Part shown: positions 1 through 7,441 of the stretch, piece after piece
How the letters are laid out: each line of letters begins with the position of its first letter
Numbering within the stretch: the stretch's first letter is position 1
Virus record (IMG/VR): IMGVR_UViG_3300027963_000041
Span: 1 to 64,000 of that record
Length of the DNA: 64,000 nt
DNA from: a virus
Reading direction: 5' to 3' (one strand)
Notes under the pieces: model-generated
The model's database searches: none
What the model was told of the DNA's origin: nothing
Seen by the model: the letters and a program-made list of their open reading frames with translations, nothing else
Position numbers and translations under genes: made by a program

Positions 1-45
1 AAGACACCATAAACTATTATTAGATTTTGTAAATGAATTAACTAT

Positions 46-122
<77 letters not shown>

Positions 123-162
123 AAATTGTGAAAAAATAAATAGTGAAGAAGGAGGTCCGCAA

Positions 163-582
163 ATGGAACTAAATCTTTACGGTAGTCGAATAAAAGCATG
201 TCAAAGGAAGGCACTAAATTACTTTGCCAGCCAATTGTTTACTCCGCAAATGATTCCAAATTTGCATATCCGAATTAGTTATAAAAGTAATATGGGTAAT
301 GAATACGGTTGGGTTTGCGCCGAAGACTATAACATGTCAGGCGACCCGCGCCACTTCATTATGGCGCTTGCAAAAAATGATGATGTAGAAACACAAATTC
401 GTACTATGGCACATGAAATGGTCCATGTACGTCAGTTTGTTCGCAAAGAATTAGATGAAGACATGACACGTTGGAAATCAAGAAGAGTAAATATGGATAT
501 CATTCCATACAGAGAGTTGCCTTGGGAAATAGAAGCATTTCGTTTAGGCGATAAATTATTTAAACAATACATGGAGTTGTAA
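163..582 (+). CDS. Zn-metallopeptidase-like (HExxH) phage protein
   Basis: AHEMVH and PWEIEA motifs; GGAGG RBS before ATG 163 (the track start at 79 lies inside tRNA-Pro). Confidence 0.7.
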   Translation: MELNLYGSRIKACQRKALNYFASQLFTPQMIPNLHIRISYKSNMGNEYGWVCAEDYNMSGDPRHFIMALAKNDDVETQIRTMAHEMVHVRQFVRKELDEDMTRWKSRRVNMDIIPYRELPWEIEAFRLGDKLFKQYMEL

Positions 583-583
583 A

Positions 584-769
584 ATGACAAATGAGGTAGG
601 CAAAGGAAGCACGCCTCGCCCGTTTAGTGTATCTCATGATGAATGGATAAATCGTTGGGACGCAATTTTTGGTCGAGACTTGCAAGATAAACCAGAGCAA
701 CCTTCCGAGGTTGATGACAAGATAACAAGATACAATGAGGAAACTCAACAAGTAAAAATGCAGGGTTAG
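584..769 (+). CDS. small hypothetical phage protein
   Basis: GGAG RBS; GKGSxPRP...RWDAIFG motif; last codons overlap tRNA-Gly. Confidence 0.6.
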   Translation: MTNEVGKGSTPRPFSVSHDEWINRWDAIFGRDLQDKPEQPSEVDDKITRYNEETQQVKMQG

Positions 770-833
770 TTTAATGGTAAAACTGTAGATTTCCAATCTT
801 CCGTTGAGAGTTCGATTCTCTCACTCTGCTCCA
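760..833 (+). tRNA. tRNA-Gly(TCC)
   Basis: Cloverleaf; anticodon loop TT-TCC-AA; 3' TCCA. Confidence 0.9.
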
Positions 834-847
834 ACAAGGAAAAAATC

Positions 848-1318
848 ATGCGAAACATTAATTTGGAAGAAGTGAGAGCATTCATAGTAGACCAAACTCC
901 AGAGACAAAAGTTTATCTTGGGTGTGATTCAGAAAGATTTAGAATAGGCAATGTGTGGTACGCAGACTACATTACCGCAGTTGTAGTTCACATCAATGGC
1001 AACAACGGTTGCAAATTGTTTGGACAAGTAGAACGTGAAAGAGACTACGACCAAAAAGTTAATCGTCCTCGTTTCCGTTTGATGAATGAAGTTTATCGTG
1101 CAAGTGACATGTATTTGAAACTAGCAGATGTATTAGAAGGTCGCCATGTTGAAGTACACTTAGATATTAATCCAGATCAGATGTACGGATCGTCTTGTGT
1201 AATTCAAGAAGCAATAGGTTACATTCGTGGAACATGTAATGTGATTCCCCTAGTAAAGCCAAACGCATGGGCGGCTACACACGCCGCAGATCGTTTTAAA
1301 TACGCAGTAGCGGCTTAA
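848..1318 (+). CDS. RNase H-like YkuK/DUF458 family protein
   Basis: YLGCDS, RLMNEV, EVHLDIN and KPNAWAATHAAD motifs. Confidence 0.85.
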   Translation: MRNINLEEVRAFIVDQTPETKVYLGCDSERFRIGNVWYADYITAVVVHINGNNGCKLFGQVERERDYDQKVNRPRFRLMNEVYRASDMYLKLADVLEGRHVEVHLDINPDQMYGSSCVIQEAIGYIRGTCNVIPLVKPNAWAATHAADRFKYAVAA

Positions 1319-1324
1319 CATTAT

Positions 1325-1398
1325 TGGGTTGTAGTCTAACGGTAGGACACCTGACTTTGACTCAGGTAGTTGTGGTTCGAATCCATACAGCCCAGCCA
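1325..1398 (+). tRNA. tRNA-Gln(TTG)
   Basis: Anticodon arm CCTGA-CTTTGAC-TCAGG; CCA. Confidence 0.93.
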
Positions 1399-1405
1399 TT
1401 TTTAT

Positions 1406-1479
1406 GTTGTTCCTAGTGTAGTGGTCGCACACTTGTCTGTGAAACAAGTAGAGAGGGTTCGATTCCCCGGTTCAACCCA
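1406..1479 (+). tRNA. tRNA-His(GTG), atypical
   Basis: Anticodon arm CTTGT-CTGTGAA-ACAAG; G-1:C73; two U-U mismatches in the acceptor stem; irregular T stem. Confidence 0.75.
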
Positions 1480-1499
1480 CAATAACAAAGTAAATTTAT

Positions 1500-1574
1500 G
1501 CCTTGTTAACTCAGCGGTAGAGTGTCTCCCTTACAAGGAGAAGGTCGGCAGTTCGATCCTGTCACAAGGTACCA
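1500..1574 (+). tRNA. tRNA-Val(TAC)
   Basis: Anticodon arm TCTCC-CTTACAA-GGAGA; ACCA. Confidence 0.95.
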
Positions 1575-1578
1575 TTTA

Positions 1579-1652
1579 GCCCTCATAGTATAAAGGCATT
1601 ACACATCCTTGGTAAGGATGAAACACAGGATCGTTACCTGTTGAGGGCACCA
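1579..1652 (+). tRNA. tRNA-Thr(GGT)
   Basis: Anticodon arm CATCC-TTGGTAA-GGATG; T loop ATCGTTA (non-canonical); ACCA. Confidence 0.88.
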
Positions 1653-1654
1653 GC

Positions 1655-1746
1655 GCCTCCATAGTTTAAGGGTAAAACGGCGGATTTATATCCCGTAAGC
1701 AACAGATAATTGGTTCATGTAGGTTCGAATCCTGCTGGAGGTACCA
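1655..1746 (+). tRNA. tRNA with TAT anticodon (nominal Ile) and a long variable arm
   Basis: Acceptor GCCTCCA/TGGAGGT; anticodon loop TT-TAT-AT; ~22-nt variable region; canonical T arm; ACCA. Confidence 0.8.
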
Positions 1747-1748
1747 TT

Positions 1749-1824
1749 GCCGCTTTAGCAAATGTGGTCATTGCACCGGTTTGAAGCACCGAGGAAGTTG
1801 GTTCGATCCCGACAGGCGGCACCA
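1749..1824 (+). tRNA. tRNA-Phe(GAA)
   Basis: Anticodon loop TT-GAA-GC; ACCA. Confidence 0.9.
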
Positions 1825-1832
1825 GAATTTAC

Positions 1833-1907
1833 ACCGGATTAACTCAGCGGTAGAGTAATCGCTTGATAAGCGATAAGTCATTGGTTCGATCCCAATATCC
1901 GGTACCA
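1833..1907 (+). tRNA. tRNA-Ile(GAT)
   Basis: Anticodon arm ATCGC-TTGATAA-GCGAT; ACCA. Confidence 0.95.
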
Positions 1908-1908
1908 T

Positions 1909-1986
1909 GCCCTACTAGACAAATTGGTAAAGTCATCTCTCTCAAAAGGAGAAGTTTTCTCTGTTCGAATCAGAGGTAGGGTACCA
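1909..1986 (+). tRNA. tRNA-Leu(CAA), short variable loop
   Basis: Anticodon arm TCTCT-CTCAAAA-GGAGA; variable loop AGTTTT; ACCA. Confidence 0.85.
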
Positions 1987-1999
1987 AAAATAAATAATT

Positions 2000-2076
2000 G
2001 CCCAGGTGATGGAATTGGTATACATGTTAGTCTTAGAAACTAAATCTTGCGGGTTCGAGTCCCGCCTTGGGCACCA
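2000..2076 (+). tRNA. tRNA-Leu(TAG), short variable loop
   Basis: Anticodon arm TTAGT-CTTAGAA-ACTAA; variable loop ATCTT; ACCA. Confidence 0.9.
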
Positions 2077-2081
2077 AATAA

Positions 2082-2171
2082 GGAAGTGTGGCAGAGTCCG
2101 GTTTATTGCACCTGTCTTGAAAACAGACGGCTCGAAAGGGTCCAAGAGTTCGAATCTCTTCGCTTCCGCCA
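2082..2171 (+). tRNA. tRNA-Ser(TGA)
   Basis: Anticodon loop CT-TGA-AA; long variable arm; GCCA. Confidence 0.95.
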
Positions 2172-2191
2172 AACATTTGCCATGAAATGCA

Positions 2192-2220
2192 TTGACATTT
2201 ACATAGATACCTGATACAAT
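2192..2220 (+). promoter_or_regulatory. sigma70-type promoter for the ncRNA-DUF2828 operon
   Basis: TTGACA-17-TACAAT with an extended -10 TG. Confidence 0.85.
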
Positions 2221-2240
2221 TGTTATATTGAGTTAGTAAG

Positions 2241-2463
2241 GGGTTGGATTCAGCAATCTTTAACATAAAACGCTAAAGAACTGTCTTCTACAGGAGGACC
2301 ACCGCAAGGTGTGTAATTACGGAGACTAGAGAGTAAACTCGAATTAAATCTGACGCTGGAAAGACAGACAAGATGATGGTAGCCCATCTGATTACGGTAG
2401 GGTTTTTTTATCCGAAAGGAAGTACCGTGGTTTAAGAACCGATAATACTTACCCGACCAACCC
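2241..2463 (+). ncRNA. candidate structured RNA, unit 1 (closing stem + TTCAGCAA)
   Basis: GGGTTGG (2241-47) pairs with CCAACCC (2457-63); TTCAGCAA at 2249-56; internal GNRA hairpins CACC-GCAA-GGTG and TCC-GAAA-GGA. Confidence 0.7.
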
Positions 2464-2483
2464 GATTTTATTTTGAAATGTTT

Positions 2484-2600
2484 TAGAATAGGTTCAGCAA
2501 CAAATTCAAACAGGCTTCAAGCCTGTTATACTTGGTCCGTTTCGGCGGACGACATGAGTTTCGAGTTCTCATGTAAATCAAAAAGAAGAAAACTATTCTG
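2484..2600 (+). ncRNA. candidate structured RNA, unit 2
   Basis: TAGAATAG/CTATTCTG closing stem; TTCAGCAA at 2493-2500; three internal hairpins, one with a UUCG loop. Confidence 0.7.
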
Positions 2601-2618
2601 TTTTATCATGAAAGATTT

Positions 2619-2680
2619 TAGGTTAAGTTCAGCAAACTAAAAGCATTCAACTTGTAATTGAAAACGCAAAAATTAACCTG
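2619..2680 (+). ncRNA. candidate structured RNA, unit 3, with an anticodon-like hairpin
   Basis: TAGGTTAA/TTAACCTG closing stem; TTCAGCAA at 2628-35; inner hairpin TTCAA-CTTGTAA-TTGAA. Confidence 0.7.
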
Positions 2681-2701
2681 TTGTATTAAAGGAGTTATAC
2701 T

Positions 2702-4123
2702 ATGACAACATTTGTAGACGCAATAGTAAACCAAGAAGCCCGTACCGAGAATGGTATGAAGGCTCGTAAGTCAACCGCGAATGCAGTTGTAGACTTGTTC
2801 TATAACGCTGGCGCTTCTCGCGGTAAGAATATTGTGCCAGCATTTACTGCCGCAATGGCAGAGAACCGTGACCTTGCATTGCGTGTAGCCGCATGGCTTC
2901 GTGATGCCCGCGGTGGTGCTGGTGAACGCCAGTTGTTCCGCGACATTCTTGTGCATCTTGAGAAGACAGACCCTAATGCCGCAAAAGCATTACTCAAGAA
3001 AGTGCCTGAATTAGGTCGTTGGGATGACTTGTTTATCTTCAAGTCTAAAGAGTTGAAGAATGAAGCATACACTATGCTTGGTGATGCCTTGCGCCAGCGC
3101 AATGGACTTGCCGCAAAGTGGACACCTCGTCAAGGTCCTATCGCCGTAGAGATTCGTAATTTCTTCGGCATGTCTCCAAAGTTCTATCGTAAGTCTTTGG
3201 TCGAAATGACTAAAGTTGTAGAACAAAACATGTGTGCAAACACATGGGATGACATTAACTTTTCTCATGTACCTTCTGTTGCGTCTGCACGTTACAAGAA
3301 AGCATTCAACCGCAATACTGAAAAGTATGCAGAGTATGTTGCTTCCCTTGTGAAAGGCGACAATCCAGAAGTAAAGGTAAATGCATCCGTTGCATATCCA
3401 TACGATGTACTGAAAGGTCGCATCGGTGCATATGGAGTTACTTTTGACAAGACCGAATTGGACTTGATTCAAAAGCAATGGGAAGCATTGCCTAACTATG
3501 TTGGTGATGCAAGCATTCTACCTTTGGTAGATGTATCTGGCTCTATGACTACTTTAGCAGGAAAGAACACAAAACTTTCTTGCCTTGAAGTGGCAGTCTC
3601 TCTTGGTCTGTATCTTGCAGACAAGAACGCAGGTAAGTTCAAGGATACGTTCCTGACTTTCTCTGCAAAGCCAGAGTTGTTACACTTGAAGGGTAACATC
3701 AACCAGAAGATTGATCAAATGATTAAATCTAAATGGGATATGAACACTAACCTTCATGCCGCATTCAACAAGATTCTTGATGTTGCGGTGAAAGGCAATG
3801 TGCCACAAGAAGAAATGCCATCAATGGTATTGATTCTGTCTGACATGCAGTTTGACCAATGCGTAAAGCATGATAACTCTGCAATCGAAATGATTGAACG
3901 CAAGTATGAAGCCGCAGGATACAAAGTGCCACAAGTGGTGTTTTGGAATCTCAATGCATCATACGGTAACGCGCCAGTTAAGTTCGATAAGACTGGTACT
4001 GCGCTAGTGTCTGGATTCTCTCCAGCAATTGTGAAGCCACTCCTGTCGGGAGACATTGATAACTTCACGCCAGTATCGATCATGCTGAAAACCATCATGC
4101 AAGATCGTTACGCAGTTCTTTAA
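2702..4123 (+). CDS. DUF2828 family protein (Ro60/TROVE-like helical domain + C-terminal vWA)
   Basis: N-terminal TENG, RDxRGGxGER, GRWDD and AKWxPR motifs; MIDAS DVSGSM, SDMQFD and VFWNL; AAGGAG RBS. Confidence 0.85.
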   Translation: MTTFVDAIVNQEARTENGMKARKSTANAVVDLFYNAGASRGKNIVPAFTAAMAENRDLALRVAAWLRDARGGAGERQLFRDILVHLEKTDPNAAKALLKKVPELGRWDDLFIFKSKELKNEAYTMLGDALRQRNGLAAKWTPRQGPIAVEIRNFFGMSPKFYRKSLVEMTKVVEQNMCANTWDDINFSHVPSVASARYKKAFNRNTEKYAEYVASLVKGDNPEVKVNASVAYPYDVLKGRIGAYGVTFDKTELDLIQKQWEALPNYVGDASILPLVDVSGSMTTLAGKNTKLSCLEVAVSLGLYLADKNAGKFKDTFLTFSAKPELLHLKGNINQKIDQMIKSKWDMNTNLHAAFNKILDVAVKGNVPQEEMPSMVLILSDMQFDQCVKHDNSAIEMIERKYEAAGYKVPQVVFWNLNASYGNAPVKFDKTGTALVSGFSPAIVKPLLSGDIDNFTPVSIMLKTIMQDRYAVL

Positions 4124-4131
4124 TTAGAACG

Positions 4132-4155
4132 ATGAGGATTCGAAAGAGTCCTCAT
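4132..4155 (+). terminator. hairpin after the DUF2828 gene (terminator or processing site)
   Basis: ATGAGGATTC-GAAA-GAGTCCTCAT. Confidence 0.55.
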
Positions 4156-4280
4156 TTAGAAACTTTTTGAGTGACTACAATGGAACACCTGAAATACTTG
4201 CAAATTCTAGATCAAGCAAGGACCAGCCATGAAGAGTAGGGTCATCACGGATTCAAGCGCCACAAAGAGTTTCTAAATGA
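4152..4280 (+). ncRNA. candidate structured RNA closed by an 18-bp stem
   Basis: TCATTTAGAAACTTTTTG (4152-69) pairs with CAAAGAGTTTCTAAATGA (4263-80); internal stems; ends just before tRNA-Gly. Confidence 0.55.
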
Positions 4281-4283
4281 TAT

Positions 4284-4357
4284 GCGGGTATGATGTAATG
4301 GTAACCTGAAACCTTGCCAAGGTTTACTCGCGAGTTCGATTCTCGCTACCCGCTCCA
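4284..4357 (+). tRNA. tRNA-Gly(GCC)
   Basis: Anticodon arm AAACC-TTGCCAA-GGTTT; TCCA. Confidence 0.93.
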
Positions 4358-4361
4358 ATTA

Positions 4362-4453
4362 GGTGAGATGCCCGAGAGGCCTAAGGGAGAAGTTTGCTAA
4401 ACTTTCGATTCACGAAAGTGGGTCCGTGGGTTCGAATCCCACTCTCACCACCA
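4362..4453 (+). tRNA. tRNA-Ser(GCT)
   Basis: Anticodon loop TT-GCT-AA; long variable arm; CCA. Confidence 0.92.
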
Positions 4454-4482
4454 TTGACAATCTTGCGAGGTACTGTTATAAT
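4454..4482 (+). promoter_or_regulatory. consensus sigma70 promoter
   Basis: TTGACA-17-TATAAT with a TG extension. Confidence 0.88.
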
Positions 4483-4489
4483 GAGTTAC

Positions 4490-4566
4490 GCGGATATGAT
4501 GGAATCGGTATACATATCAGACTTAAAATCTGAGTTTTGTGGGTTCGAGTCCCACTATCCGTACCA
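4490..4566 (+). tRNA. tRNA-Leu(TAA), short variable loop
   Basis: Anticodon arm TCAGA-CTTAAAA-TCTGA; variable loop GTTTT; ACCA. Confidence 0.9.
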
Positions 4567-4585
4567 ACTTAAAGGAAAAATAAAA

Positions 4586-5488
4586 ATGAGAATTGCAGTC
4601 TGTTCGGACATTCATCTTGAATTTGGTCCCATAGAATTAAAGAATACTGATAACGCTGACGTACTTATACTGTCTGGCGATATTTGCGTTGCTAAAGATT
4701 TGATGGAACGCGATAGTTATAATATTCGTGGTGATCATGATCGTTCAAACAAATATCACACCTTCTTTGAAGTTTGTGGTGTAGAGTTTCCTAAAGTCAT
4801 TTACATCATGGGTAATCATGAACACTACAATGGTGACTATGCCATTACGCATCGTGTTCTCAAAGAGCGCCTTGGCTACATCAAGAATCTTCATATTCTA
4901 GATAAAGAAACAGTTCGTATTGGCGAAGTGACTTTCATTGGTGGTACTCTTTGGACTGATATGAACAAAGAAGACCCCATGACTTTGCATAGCATTCGCA
5001 GAATGATGAATGACTTCCGTTGTGTAGAGAATAGTAACAACATGGTTTCATACAAAGTTCCCGAGTATGCGAAACTTGATAATGGTGAAATAGATTACTC
5101 AAATGTTGTGAAGACTACGTTCAAAGAGCGTCCTGCAACATTCACGCCTGAAGATGCGGTTGTAGATCACAAAGCAATGGTTGAATTCATTCGTCAAACA
5201 ATCGCTGAGAATCCTACGGATAAGTATGTTGTTGTTGGGCATCATGCGCCAAGCCGTACGTCAACCCATCCTCGTTATGCAAGAGAAGAATTGATGAATG
5301 GTGGATATAGTTCTAGTCTAGATGAATTTATTTTAGATAATTCTCAAATTAAACTGTGGACTCATGGACATACGCACGAAGACTTTGATTATATGATTGG
5401 TAGCACAAGAGTTGTTTGCAACCCTCGTGGCTATATCAACTACGAAGGTCGCGCAGATCATTTTGAATTAAAAACTTTTGAAATTTAA
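4586..5488 (+). CDS. calcineurin-like metallophosphoesterase
   Basis: SDIH, GD, GNHE, HH and HGHTH motifs; AAGGA RBS before ATG 4586. Confidence 0.9.
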   Translation: MRIAVCSDIHLEFGPIELKNTDNADVLILSGDICVAKDLMERDSYNIRGDHDRSNKYHTFFEVCGVEFPKVIYIMGNHEHYNGDYAITHRVLKERLGYIKNLHILDKETVRIGEVTFIGGTLWTDMNKEDPMTLHSIRRMMNDFRCVENSNNMVSYKVPEYAKLDNGEIDYSNVVKTTFKERPATFTPEDAVVDHKAMVEFIRQTIAENPTDKYVVVGHHAPSRTSTHPRYAREELMNGGYSSSLDEFILDNSQIKLWTHGHTHEDFDYMIGSTRVVCNPRGYINYEGRADHFELKTFEI

Positions 5489-5493
5489 AAAGT

Positions 5494-5907
5494 TTATTTG
5501 GTTTGATTGGCTAGAATTTTATAACCTGTGCCGGTAGGGTGAACCTTATCGGCACTCATGTGATCTTTTGGTCTAGGTAAAATCGTATCACCATACTCTG
5601 TGGCAATGTTTACAATTGCATTGTGAGGAACAGGTTTACGATCTTTACCAGGATCAATCCAAAATACTCGCTTACCTTTAATAGCCGAACGCATTTTACG
5701 CAATAGGGCTTCGGTCTGCACTCCAGCATGATCATTCGCGCCTAGACTAATGATAATTGTTTCATAAGGTTTAGTTGTTGAGTGTGCGAGATAGTCTTTA
5801 TTCCATTGCCAAGAATTCCAACCACCTCTGCTATAACTCACACACTCTGGTCGATGCATTGCAACACCTACTGCAATACTATCTCCAATTACCATGCAAT
5901 CGATCAT
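5494..5907 (-). CDS. SGNH/GDSL-type hydrolase
   Basis: GDSI, LGAND and DxVHP motifs. Confidence 0.8.
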   Translation of the reverse strand: MIDCMVIGDSIAVGVAMHRPECVSYSRGGWNSWQWNKDYLAHSTTKPYETIIISLGANDHAGVQTEALLRKMRSAIKGKRVFWIDPGKDRKPVPHNAIVNIATEYGDTILPRPKDHMSADKVHPTGTGYKILANQTK

Positions 5908-5912
5908 AACTT

Positions 5913-6695
5913 TTATCTACCTATATAAACTTGAGGCAACGCTTCTCTGCGGCGTTCCTCTTCTGTTTTTGGAAAAAACTCATTACCATATTGAGGGTAC
6001 ATTCGCTGACGGCTTTGTGCTACTAACATCATAATAAAACAAAAGACAAAGATTATAAACATTATGGCTATGCCCCAAAGAAATTGAATTTGAATTTCTT
6101 TTTTTCTTTTGGCGTTACGTTTATCTTCTATGGCTTGGCGTTGCATCTGTTTAGCGATTAGAACACTTTGTTCTTTACCCATTTGCTTCATCATTTCTTC
6201 TACTTCAGTATACAGCGCACCTAATTCTTTAGGGCATTGATACACCATCAATTCACGCAATTCAATTTCCATTTGTTGTAATTGCTTTCTCATCAATACA
6301 CGCTGTAAAGCACGTTTGCCTAAACTTGCATCACCTGTATAAACTTGAGTCTTAGCACGTTTTTCTTCTTCTGCAAACACCGCCATACACTTGTGAAAGT
6401 TGTCATAATATGTTCCTAGATGTTCACCTATCTGAGTATAGACACTAGTATGTTCATCTGAATTGGCTTTTTTGTTTAATGTTATTACACGATTTTTCTC
6501 TTCAATGTATGCATTGCGTTCTGTAACTGTTGCTGGTTTGTCAGGTGGATGTAATTTGTGAAACTGATCATCTAAATCTTTAAGAACGTCTTTAACGTCA
6601 CCGGCGGCGCCTTTAATGTCTTTATAAAGTTTACACCCGGCTTTGACTGCGGAGACTGCTCCGTTAGCGAGTGCAAAGAGGGTTAGTGGATCCAT
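5913..6695 (-). CDS. coiled-coil membrane protein (MDP-type N-terminus)
   Basis: Amphipathic N-terminus, coiled coil, C-terminal TM segment; paralog-like to 6822-7439. Confidence 0.75.
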   Translation of the reverse strand: MDPLTLFALANGAVSAVKAGCKLYKDIKGAAGDVKDVLKDLDDQFHKLHPPDKPATVTERNAYIEEKNRVITLNKKANSDEHTSVYTQIGEHLGTYYDNFHKCMAVFAEEEKRAKTQVYTGDASLGKRALQRVLMRKQLQQMEIELRELMVYQCPKELGALYTEVEEMMKQMGKEQSVLIAKQMQRQAIEDKRNAKRKKEIQIQFLWGIAIMFIIFVFCFIMMLVAQSRQRMYPQYGNEFFPKTEEERRREALPQVYIGR

Positions 6696-6821
6696 TTATT
6701 TGTATCGATCCTTATCATTGTACCAATCTTTAAACATAACACCAAACACCATTAGTAAAGGTATCATGCATAACAAGAATAGCATGTCGTTAAAGGTAAT
6801 AATTATATTAAAGTACATAAG

Positions 6822-7439
6822 TTAGCCTCCGCCAATTGCTTTATCTCGGTCTTCGCGCTCTTTTTTCTCGCGTTCTTTTTGTTGCTGTCGTATAACTAAT
6901 AGTCTCTTGGCAACTTTTTCTTCATAGATTCTTTTTTCTTCCATTGCACCATATATTCCAATACCACCCATGGCAAGTGCAAATAAAATAATGGACCCTG
7001 CAATAAAATACATAGCAAAGATAAACTGATCTGCCATCTTTTTTTTGTGTGCTAGTTGTCGTTCTTCTTCTGCACGTTGTGCATCGGCACGTGCCTTGAA
7101 CAGCCTAGTACGCTCGGCAATCATTTGTTCCCAGATTTGTGGTTTGCCTAACTGCCAAAGAATCATGTCTTTGAGTTCACGTTCTGCTTGACGCAATGCA
7201 TCACTATGCATGGCAATTTGAAGTGCTTCGTGTCCTAACTCGGCATCTGTTTTACCTAGTAGATTAGCCTTGGCTTTTAATTTTGTTCGTTCACGATGAA
7301 TGGCATCTGAAGATTCAAAAAATTTGCTGAATTGTCCTGCAAGACTATTAATGTCTTTGCCTAGTGCAACGGCCTGTTTAATGTAACTAACTGCACTCTG
7401 TGCGGCTGAGAATGCAAGACCTATTGTAATTGGATCCAT
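6822..7439 (-). CDS. coiled-coil membrane protein (MDP-type N-terminus)
   Basis: Same architecture as 5913-6695. Confidence 0.75.
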   Translation of the reverse strand: MDPITIGLAFSAAQSAVSYIKQAVALGKDINSLAGQFSKFFESSDAIHRERTKLKAKANLLGKTDAELGHEALQIAMHSDALRQAERELKDMILWQLGKPQIWEQMIAERTRLFKARADAQRAEEERQLAHKKKMADQFIFAMYFIAGSIILFALAMGGIGIYGAMEEKRIYEEKVAKRLLVIRQQQKEREKKEREDRDKAIGGG

Positions 7440-7441
7440 GA

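Noticed and set aside
1-9. Possible 3' end (ACCA) of an upstream tRNA
   Set aside because: Too little sequence in the window to support a call
1250-2266. Short ORFs across the tRNA array, and the 5' extensions of the ORFs at 79 and 4394
   Set aside because: They overlap clear tRNA genes; better starts with an RBS lie downstream
2241-2680. TTCAGCAA units as a CRISPR array
   Set aside because: The shared sequence is only 8-9 nt, unit lengths vary widely, and no cas genes are present
4152-4280. Hammerhead or HDV-like (theta) ribozyme
   Set aside because: I could not find the CUGANGA/GAAA core or a nested double pseudoknot by eye; kept only as an unknown RNA
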